From Octopus bimaculoides (lineage: Eukaryota), in the NCBI RefSeq assembly GCF_001194135.2, contig NC_069008.1:10319366-10352796 (forward strand): a stretch of DNA of 33,431 nucleotides, read 5' to 3'. This document shows positions 11,801-22,500 of the stretch, piece after piece. The notes beneath the pieces are model-generated. The model did not search any database. It saw nothing but the letters and a program-made list of their open reading frames with translations, and had not been told where the DNA came from. The translations under genes and the position numbers were made by a program. The stretch's first letter is position 1. Each line of letters starts with the position of its first letter.

Positions 11801-14800
11801 TGACGCCACATTTTCTATGTGTGTGTGTACCTTAAGACATCTATCATCAAAACACACACCTTCACTCACTCACTCTATCTCTCACTCTCTTTTTCTCTCT
11901 CTCTCTCTCTCTCACATGTGCATGCATGCACACACACTCATGTCCATTTCATATACACGTACATATATCTTTCACTTTCTCACCTCCTTCACTTTCTTTC
12001 TCTCTGTCTTTTTCGCTTTCTCTTTTTTCAATTTCTGCTCTGTTCAAATAAATTTTGACAGAATGAGTGGGAGAAACACAAAATGAGTAAAAGACAGACA
12101 AGAGAAACAAACAGAGACAGAAAGCAAGTTTCTATAGAAGATGAAAGACAAGGATTGTGGGTGACAGAGAACTGCTGATATTTCATACCTTATGTTCTAA
12201 GAGAGAGAGAGAGAGAGTGTGTGAGCGTGTGTGTGTATGTGTGTGTGCATGTGTGTATATTCCTTATGAATTCGAAAATTGGGTTGCCCATTTTGATGTA
12301 TGGGGTATCAAAGTATTCAGTAGTATTTTGGCTACCAAATAAACTATAATTTCATTTACATATATTCTACATTATCTCAACAACCAGCTATAATTATTTG
12401 AAAGACACTGCTCTACAACAACCAGGTTTCAATGGAAAGTGAAAATAGTTTCACACTTTCAATTTCAACCAAAATTACAAAGTGTTGCATTACGAGAGTG
12501 ACCATGGTTCAATAATGAAGGTAATGTTTTGCCGAATTTGTCACATCTGTACTATAATAAAGAAAGCTGCTTATCATCTGTAATGTGATAAGGCTATAAT
12601 ATTGTTTCACTTTCATTCTTTCACTTTTAATTCTAATCTAATAACATTAAGATCATCTTATTTCTATTAAATTTGAAATAAATTAACAATTTACATCCTA
12701 ATTTGAACAACATTACACATCAGCAACTTTCCATCTTTGTGGCCATCATAGCAGAATGTTGTGTCAGTGTATGTGTTTACTGACATAACGAACGGCTGGA
12801 GGTGAAACTCTTGACAAAAACCAATGAGGTATATAAAAGTACACATTAACTGTTTCATTACCAGTTAATAATTATAGCAGCAGCTGCAAGGTTGCAAGGT
12901 ATTTACAGTTACATATTTACCCTTAAATTAACATTTAATACATGTGCTTAATATATATATTAAGAAATTTCAGTTCTATATGATGAGGAATTATGTACAT
13001 TATTTATATTTGACGGATATTTGCCCTCATCTTGTTTGTTGTTAACACAACGTTTTGGCTGATATACCCCCCAGCCTTCATCAGATGTCTTGGGGAAATT
13101 TTGAACCAACATCGAAAAATACCTTAGGAATGAGAACCCAGATTCGAAATTTCCCCAAGACAGCTGATGAAGGTTGGATGGTATATCAGCTGAAACGTGT
13201 TAACAACAAACAAGATGAGGACAAATATCTGTCAAATATAAATAATGTAAATTAAGAAATTTATCTATAGTAATCATTGTGGCATTTACCATTAAATTAG
13301 AAGTTCATGCATGTGCTTCTATTTGGTTAATTTAAACTGCATACAAAAATAAAAACATACTACATACATACAACTGCTTACAAAAATAGGAATTAATGCA
13401 TAATTTTTTCTATGTTCATAATTTTTTGTTTACAATATCGAAAAAAATATACCACCAAAGAAAAGACATCATCTCTCCAGAAACAAGTAGAAAGCAAGGA
13501 GGATTGTAGAAAACCAAAGGTGAGAGTCCGAAGAGAGAAGCGAGGTAAAATTTTCTCAAGATAAACAAAGGGATGCTGCAGCATGTCAGACGGAACCTCA
13601 AGAGAGAAGGGAGATGAGACTTTTCCAAGATCAGCAGATGCATGCTGTAGTACTTAATGCTGGGTCATTAAATCAATGTTTTAATGATTAGATAGAGGTC
13701 CAATAGAATAGCTCTCAGAAACAGACTATGTACAAATTCGTTCTTCACAACTCTTGAAGCTGTTTTCAGATATGATCCATCCCATTCTTATAAAAATGAT
13801 AACTCTGTCCAAATTGCTGTGCTAAACACAAAATGTCGTTTCTGTAGAGGTTTAGAATTTTCAAATGAAACAAAAGGTATGTGCTGCTCAGGTAGTCAGG
13901 TAACATTGCCAGCACTACTAGCTCCTTCTCAGCCTTTTATGGATCTTCTAGAAGGTACTTCCACCGAGTCAAAGGATTTTCTGAACAATATCAGGCAAGA
14001 CAACTCTGCATTTCAAATGACATTGTTTACTGCATCTAAGAAAATAGTTAAACATGAATTTACACTGATGTCAAAGTTCAAGGGCAAGTCTATCTTATTG
14101 GTACCCTGTTACCCACAAATGAACAACCACAGTTCCTCCAAATTTACTTTATGAGTAATGTAGGACAACAACCTCGAAGGCGGTGTCAAAATTTCAGCTG
14201 ATGGGTCATGTTAGACACAGCGCCGACTGCTGCAAAAGAGAGTATATCCACTGACAGTTTTACGATGCATTAAAAAATCACATAACTGCCATCCCCAATT
14301 TTCTATAAGTTAGGGCCTGAAATATTCCAAACAAAGGCATAGCATGTTGCTTAGTCAAATTGGCCCATCATTTACTCCACAAATGTTTTGTTGTCAATGC
14401 TGCACTTTCCCTTACCACCTGTTTCAACATAACTGTAATATATTATAAACAAACTATGCCATTTTAATCCCGAGCAACGCCAGGTATCTCTGCTAGTACA
14501 TATATAAAATTGTTATATAAAATTAAATTATATCATTCAACCAAGGTAGTGGTTGACTATATTCTTAAGTCGAACATTTTGACAATCGCAGCAACTTCCA
14601 TGCTTCACCACTAATTCAGTTCTCAACTAAATTGCAAACGATTAACAGTTTTAAAGAGGACACTTCTTCAGCTACACTTTGGCATAAATAGTTTGAGATT
14701 TGGCTCAGTAGTTACATCAAAATATGTGAGGTCTAAAGGTGGGCAGTAAGGCATCTTCAATTAACATACTTTTCTTATGCTTAAACGATAGAAAAATGCT

Positions 14801-16268
14801 TAACGATAGAAAAAAGATTATTTCAGCTGCTATGCCGCACATACTGAGAAGAGCATTGTTGCTGTGAGAACAATCACCATCCACGTAAATAATTTTTTCT
14901 GCATAACTTTACTTGATTTAGTAAATGAACAATCTGGCATGTTTATTTTGATGGCCTGTCAAAGTATACAGTGAGTTTCTTTGCCCAAGGTGTCAGGAAG
15001 GCACTTGGCCAGAAATAGAAACAAAATTGAAAGAAGAAAAATAACAACAACAGCAGAAGCAGCAGTAATGACAACAATAATAATGAAATACCAGGACCTT
15101 AAAATAGAGGTCAAAATTGTGGCATCTAAGAACAACAATTATACATGTGATCATTGGAGCATTGGGGATAGTACCAAATGGTGTTCTTATACACTATGAC
15201 CAAGGACCAGGAAAACCCAAAGTATCAAAACTATGACAATTGTTCTCATGGGTGCAGCCCATATCTTAAGGAAAACACAGTCAACTTTAAAATACTTGAT
15301 TCTCTTAAAATTCTTTCAAAACTGAAATACCTCAAATTTAACAAAATCTTAATTCTCAGAAGCTGGTCTCCTCCCCTAATTTTGGCACAAGGAAGTGGGT
15401 AAGTAAATTACATTGACTCAGTACTCAACTGGTACTTATTTTTTGCCCCTGAAAGGATGAAAGGCAAACTCGAACTCAGTGAACTTTGAACTCAGGATGT
15501 GAAGACAGAGGAAATCCCACTAAGCATTTCATTTGGTGTGCTCAGGATTCTGCCAGCTCACCACCTCCCTACAATATATTATCTCAGCAGAAGGCTAGCA
15601 ATTTCAGGGGCAGGGATAAATCCATTATATTCACCCCAGAACTCAAATGGTACTTATTTTATTGACCCTGAAAGGATGAAATGTAAAGTCAACCTTGGGA
15701 GAATTTGAACTCAGAATGCAAAAACAGACAAAATGTTGCAAATCATTTTTGCCCAGTGTGCTAACGATTCTGCCAGTTCACCACCTTCCTACAATATATT
15801 ATTGCTAATCAAAAATAACATTCACAGTAAAATGTCCAACTTGCTGTTACTTGAGATCTCTGGGTGACACTTGGAATAGTTTGTACAACAGCAGCAGCAG
15901 CAGCAGCCATAATTACCTTTTGATTTTGTAGAATTTCCACGTGTTCATCATACTCAGTGACTACAGTCACTGAGAACGGCTGGCGGTCAGGTGAGTCAAA
16001 TTGGTAATTGGCTATGACTGCGAACGTACCGTTGACCACATCTCTGGACAACACAACACTGCATCTGGCCTTGATTTCATAATGGAGCCGGTCAAATGTT
16101 ATGACATGTTGACTTCCAAACAGAATTGCATGAGCTGAAAGAGAGAATGTGTGTGAGTATGTATGTGTATGAAAGAGCTGGGTAACGAAGAGGGAGGGAG
16201 AGAGGGAAGAGAGAGAAGGAGAGAGGAAGGGAGAGAGAAGGAGAGAGAAGGAGAGAGTGGAGAGAGAG

Positions 16269-16299
<31 letters not shown>

Positions 16300-16334
16300 G
16301 TGGTAGATAGAGAGAGAGAGATAGATAAAGTGGT

Positions 16335-16393
<59 letters not shown>

Positions 16394-16414
16394 TAGATAG
16401 AGAGAGAGAGAGCT

Positions 16415-16447
<33 letters not shown>

Positions 16448-19400
16448 TAGAGTGGTAGATAGATAGATAGACAGATAGATAGATAGAGAGAGAGAGTGAG
16501 AGAGAGAGAGAGAGAAACAGACTGTACATGCTAAAATCATAGATGAAGCTTCTGCATTTTAGTCACATATGCTAGAAATAAAAGCCAAATCCCCTTCAAC
16601 CCATCTTTATGTATGTATGTTTATTATCTTTCACTTTTTAATTTTAGAGTAAATTTTGACCAGCCACCTACTTGGTAGCAAGGTTATGAAGGAAAGCATC
16701 TTGTTTTGCTTGTCATCCTTTAAATCTTTAAGGTTGCTGGATATCTACCAGGACTGAAAACAAGACCTGTCAAAAGGATACTCATAAGGAACATCCTCCT
16801 CTATCCCTTCTGTACCACTTATATTCCCTGCCATTGTTTCCTATGGGTAGGACCTACTCTGACTGTCTCTCCATCTTTCTCTTTAACACTATCTCTCCAG
16901 CCTCTCCCTTCTTTTCCTACTGGGGTAGTCAAGTAACTTCTTTATAGTAAGACACCTGTCTCTATCCTCTAACTTCTCACCTGCACTAAGCATCTTCCCT
17001 CTGTTCCACTCCCTTTTCCAGCAAAGAGGTCTTCATCTTGCAAGTTCCTTGGCTGCCCTTAGAAAAGGCATTCAGCCAAAGCAGACACTGGAGCCAGTGC
17101 TGCTCTTTGACTTGCCAGTTCCTGTCAAAAACCATCAAACTTATGCTAGCATGGAAGACAGCTGATGATGATGATGTGCGTGTGTATGTGGATTAGTGAA
17201 GGAGGCCTCTGCATCATAGCTAAACCTGATAGAAATGGCAGCCAAATCTTTCTCAAATCACACCCTGTCGGATTTCTATGGCAGGATACCCTTCCCAATA
17301 ATTTTCTTAGTTTATCTCTACAGATTTTCTATAGAAATTATAGCCAGCACTGATTTGTTATGATGTTACATATTCGAATGTGTATAATGTAAACAACAAT
17401 GCAATTGAAGATGGCAAAAATAAGGTAATGGGTGTAAATGCATATTTCAGGAGTTCTTGCACCTTCTTCAGCACCACATCCAACCCATTAAACATCCACA
17501 AAATCATAGCTTAAAGAGCTACAAAATATAGAAGTGTAACGCTATTGGATACACCAATTTTACACACTGATCACATTCCTGGCAGCTGGAACATACATAT
17601 TAATTACTTGTTGGGACACCTTCCCAATAGTAACTATTTTGCAGAGTGTACTGAGTCCTTTTTTAATGGAATTGGTACTAGTGATGTCATCAAGTAATTC
17701 ACATGACACTATCCCTTAGATATGTGCATCATGTCAGAGGATCTTTCACACAATCCTTAAAATGCAATTTTAACTTATGCTGTGGTCTTCTACCGGATGC
17801 CAGCTTACCATAATGGTATCTTTGCATGATAGCTAGACTGATAGAGTTACCAACCAAATCTTGCCTGTGGCTGTATGGTAGGAATCTTGTTTCCCAGCCA
17901 CATGGTTCTGGGTTTAGACCCACTGCATGGCACCTTGCGCAAGTATCTTCTACTATAGCCTCAGGTCAACCAAAGCCTTGTGAGTGGGTTTGATAAATGG
18001 AAACTTAAAGAAGCCCATCATGTGTATGTTTGTGTTTCTCCCTCACCATCTCTTGGCAACTGGTGTGTTTATGGTCCCATAACCAAGTGGTTCAGCAAAA
18101 GAGACTAACAGAATAAGTACCAGGCTTAAAAATAAAGTACAGGGGTCAATTTGTTTAACTAAAAGTTCTTTGAAGCAGTGCCCCAGCATGACCACAGTCT
18201 AATGACTGAAACAAGTAAAAGATACAAAAATTGCACAGTGGTGATTTTATAGCACAATTAATTGCTGTTTGGACAATAGAGAGAATAAGAGATGGTGAAG
18301 TATAATTCAAGGGAAATTTGACTGCTTTTTCTGAAGATCTAGTGATCATATAGAGTTTTTCCTTGTTGATTCATACAGAAGGAATTTTGCAGTCATCTAC
18401 AAAAATGAGATGGACTATCCAATAGAATCAGTGTTTACCCAATACTTTGGAGTAAGAGACCCCTAGCATTTCTTTAGATATCCCTCTAGAAGAAAAACTC
18501 TGTGACTTCATTTGCATCCAATGATGTAGACAGGTAAACATGTATTTTGCTTGGGGAGTGGAATTGATACCTGTGCATGTGTATGTGTGTAAATATTTCA
18601 AATGAATCTTTGTTCTTTATTACTTTTTATACGCTCATATCTTGTAAATAGTTTTTAATAGATTATTGTTATTGCTTATTTTACCAAACGCGCACACACA
18701 CACACCAATTATTCTTTACATGCATATATACATGTATACTCCTACATCTTTATATATATATATATAAGGTTGAGGAGGGTATTGGATTTAACCAAACCCA
18801 AAAAGATACAGGTAATACCGAGTAAGTGCTGTATACCGACTAGTTGCCCCAGTCGTTGTATGAACAGGATTGGGGATTATAAGTCGTGTATTAGTGTGTG
18901 TATGTATAAATTTATAAAAAGATAAAGAGAGCAATGGTAAAGCTGGAAATATATTTTATGGATAGAGTCTTACAGCTGTTTCTGGGAAGATCCAGTACTT
19001 CCCTTCATCGGAGACAGAAATAGTAAAGGAATCGATTATTATATCCATAGGCGGAGAGTTATAGTATGAAGTGAGAGATGTGCGTAGGGTAAATAGGTCA
19101 AGTCCCATTCTGTCTTTAAGACTTGACCTATATTACCCGACGCACATCTCTCACTTGACTTGGGACATCCTTCAAGTAAACACAAGCAATATACCTCGGA
19201 CACAATATGGCATATATCCACCTCTGCTATTTCAGCCTTTGCTGCAGCAACTATTTCCGGAAAATTCCCACACGGATTACTTTACACGAATCCTTACTAC
19301 TGGAATGATACTACACTCCAAGTACTGTTCTTTCTTTCTTTCTTTTTTCAGCGCATCACACTCACTCTCACTTCATACTATAACTCTCCGCCTATAGATA

Positions 19401-19520
19401 TAATAATCGATTCCTTTACTATTTCTGTCTCCGATGAAGGGAAGTCCTGGATCTTCCCAGAAACAGCTGTAAGACTCTATCCATAAAATATATTTCCAAC
19501 TTTACCATTGCTCTCTTTAT

Positions 19521-19564
<44 letters not shown>

Positions 19565-22500
19565 AATGACCATCAAGCTTACCTTTGAATGGTGGAAACC
19601 AATTTGCTACATCAGTGGAAGGTTTCATCTCATAGTATAAATCCCAGAATGTGAGTTCAGATCCCAGTAAATATCTGGCTCTTTTGTAAATGCCTGTGGC
19701 CCTTTCTCTAACCTGGCTGCTGAAATCTCTGCCAAATTGTACTATATTGCTTGGTATTGTAAACACATAATAATTTACTTCAAATACAATGTGACCCCAC
19801 TTTTGTATTATGATGTTTGGGGTTATACTGAAATTGGTTAGGGTGTCTCTCATGGATGACAGTTTTGTGCTCACTGATTTGTGTATGCTTTCTTTGAGGC
19901 TTATATCACTGCATGCTGCTATCATCTGCGTGATAAATGATAAATTATGTGATATTTGAAAGAATTAAAGATTAAGTAAATGAGTCAAGGAGTGATTAAG
20001 TGGAAGAGGTCTAAATGTTAAAGTGGCTGAGGTTGGAGGTTATTATCTGCAAGGTTGAGACAATGGGACAAGGAATTAAGGAGTAAATATATCATTTAAC
20101 TTGTTTCAGCCATTTCATTGTGGCCATGCTGAGGCACCATTTTGAAGGGTTTTAGTTGAAGAAATCGACTCTAGGATTTTGAAGGCTAGTACTTATTCTA
20201 TTGATCACTTTTGCAGAACTACTAAGTTACGGGTACATAGACGTACTAACACCAGTTGTTAAGCACTGGGGAGGGGAGGCAAACACAGACACACATATAA
20301 ATATGTATACAAAACAGGCTTCTTTCAGTTTCTGTTTACCAAATCTACTCATAGGGCTTTGGTTGGCCCAAGGATATATTAGGTTGAGTAAAATGTAAGC
20401 AACGTTTTGAAATATGAAATTCATTACAATATATTTCAACAATGTGGAAATTTTATTTATCAAAGTAAGTACCATTAAAATCAACACATTTTTGCCAATG
20501 AGTTACAAGTTTGTTTATTCCAGTAACATAAAAATCAGGAGTTCTAGAGGTGATGAACTCTTTGAATGCACTTTCAGCATCACTTTGAGTTTTGAACCTC
20601 TTCTCTCACAGGAAACCATCAAAGTGCTTGAAAAAGTGGTAGTCAGTAGGAGAAAGGTCTGAGGAATAAACTGGGTGGGGAAGAGCTTTGTAGCCAAGTT
20701 CCCTCAACTTCTGGAGCGTCATTAGTGAAATATATGGTCGAGCATTGTCATGAAGAAAGATTAGCCCTCTTCTGTTGACCAGTCTGAGATAGAGGAATAG
20801 CAGTTTTTCATTCATTTTGGCAATTTCATGGCCATATGTTTATGCAGTAATAGTTTTTCTGGGTTTTAAAAAGTTATAGTGGATGAGTCCAGCAGTACAT
20901 CACCAAATAGTCATCATAACCTTCTGTTTGAAGAGCTCAGATTTATGGAAGGTTTTCGGTGCTTCATTTTGGTCCAACCACTGAGAAGTTTTTTTATTAT
21001 TGTACAGAATCCACTTTTCATCACAAGTTACAATACAGTCGAGAAATGGATCAGTCTGGTTACAGAGAAGAAGCGACAAGCAAATTTTATATCTGTGCAT
21101 TTTCTGATTTTCATTCAAATCATGTGGTACCAATTTGTTGAACTTTTTTGATTTTCCAATAGCATGCAAATGGTTGCAGGCAGTTTTCTGGCTAACTTGA
21201 AGTTCTTTTGCCAGTTCTTGAGTAGTTTTACATGGATTTTTCTCAACAACAGTCTTTAACTGGTTTTTATTGATGACAGATAGATGTCCACTATGCTCAC
21301 GATCGTCAAGGCTCAGGTCACCACTGCGAAATCCTTTAAACCATTTTTGAGCTGACCACTCATTGGCCATTTCCTCACCAAATGTTTTGTTGATATTGTG
21401 AGCAGTTTCAGCTGCTTTATGTCCTTTTTTGAAGATGAATAGCAAAATTGCTCGAATATTGCACTTTAACAGTTCTATTTCAGATGATTGTAACAAAGGT
21501 GAAAAAAATATCAATGTTAATTTATTGATGCATTTAGGAAAGTCTATGTCTGTATTATCAGACAATTTCAAAAAAATTAAAAATTCTGCAAAAATCAGGT
21601 ACAAATTTTTCATGGTTCAAAACGTTGCTTACTTTATACTCAACCTGATAGTAGGAGACACTTTCCCAAGGTGCCATGTAGTGGGATTAAACCTGAATCT
21701 ATGCGGTTAAGAAGCAAGCTTTTTACTACACACCCACGCCTGCACCTGTGAAAAAGAGTAACATATACTTCTATATATATACATGACACAGCAGTAACTA
21801 AATCATAGCCATGGGTATATATGGTGCATAATAGGAGTAAATCAATGAAAGAGTAAAACAAATACAGGAGTAACTGAATTCAAAAGCACAGGTGTAGCTG
21901 TGTGGTAAGAAGCTTGATTCCCTATCACATGGTTTCAGGTTTAGTCCCACTGCATAGCACCTTAGGCAAGTGTCTTCTACTATAGCGTCAGGCTGACCAA
22001 AGACTTGTGAGTAGATTTGGTAGATGGAAGCTGAAAGAAACCCATCATACACACACACACACACACACATACATATATATATCTAAGTTCGGGTATCTGT
22101 TGGAGTGTATCATTAATGAATTATTGCTTGATTCTCCAGCAATGTCTTGGTGATTTTAGGAGTAACTGCAGTGAATTTGCCTTTAGAAGCTAGAATATGT
22201 CACAAACATATTTTAACTTACCCAAAGTTCATCTATTCCAGATCACTGCTTGGCACTGATGCTGTTATGTTTATTCTAACCAGGTGATTGAATAGTGAGA
22301 CTCTGTCACAGGTGTCAACTGTTTTTTAGTTAAAGCTACAGCTTTAATCTGCCCAGGATTATCTCTCTTTGGTGTTTCCCACTGAGGAAGGCTAAAAAGA
22401 CAGAAACAGCTGTCTGGGAATCTGACAGGGGCAAGCACTGGGCAGATATAGTGTTTTTACAACTTTTAACATCAGAGAGAATTTTTTCTCCATGGTAACA

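Larger units (their letters stand above)
11290..14496 (+). mobile_element. Internally deleted Helitron (spans the assembly gap)
   Basis: 5' A|TCTATATGTATATAAAG at 11290; 3' GC-rich imperfect hairpin cccgagcaacgccagg then CTAG|T at 14493-14497; RepHel remnant inside in the same orientation. Joining both ends into one element is inference. Confidence 0.7.
18918..19524. mobile_element. Palindromic non-autonomous element, probably Penelope-derived, with 160-bp inverted arms each carrying a hammerhead-like motif
   Basis: Arms 18918-19077 and 19365-19524 differ at 3 positions by my count; bordered by a (TA)n tract on the right. Confidence 0.8.
20098..21747 (-). mobile_element. Family A SINE split by the mariner insertion (20098-20378 and 21649-21747)
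   Basis: The two halves join into ...GGCCCAAGGATA(TA)GTAGGAGACAC..., colinear with other family A copies. Confidence 0.8.

Noticed and set aside
15809-16540. 243-aa ORF as a stand-alone protein
   Set aside because: The N-terminal half is translated (CT)n/(ATCT)n microsatellite; only 15917-16134 is a splice-bounded exon
18196-18220. SINE tail CTAATGA-CT-GAAACAAGTA resembling a hammerhead core
   Set aside because: No stem II or stem I; it is the standard family-A SINE 3' end
20900-21613. Intact SETMAR-like or active transposase gene
   Set aside because: No SET domain, start codon lost, several nonsense codons; lies between TIRs
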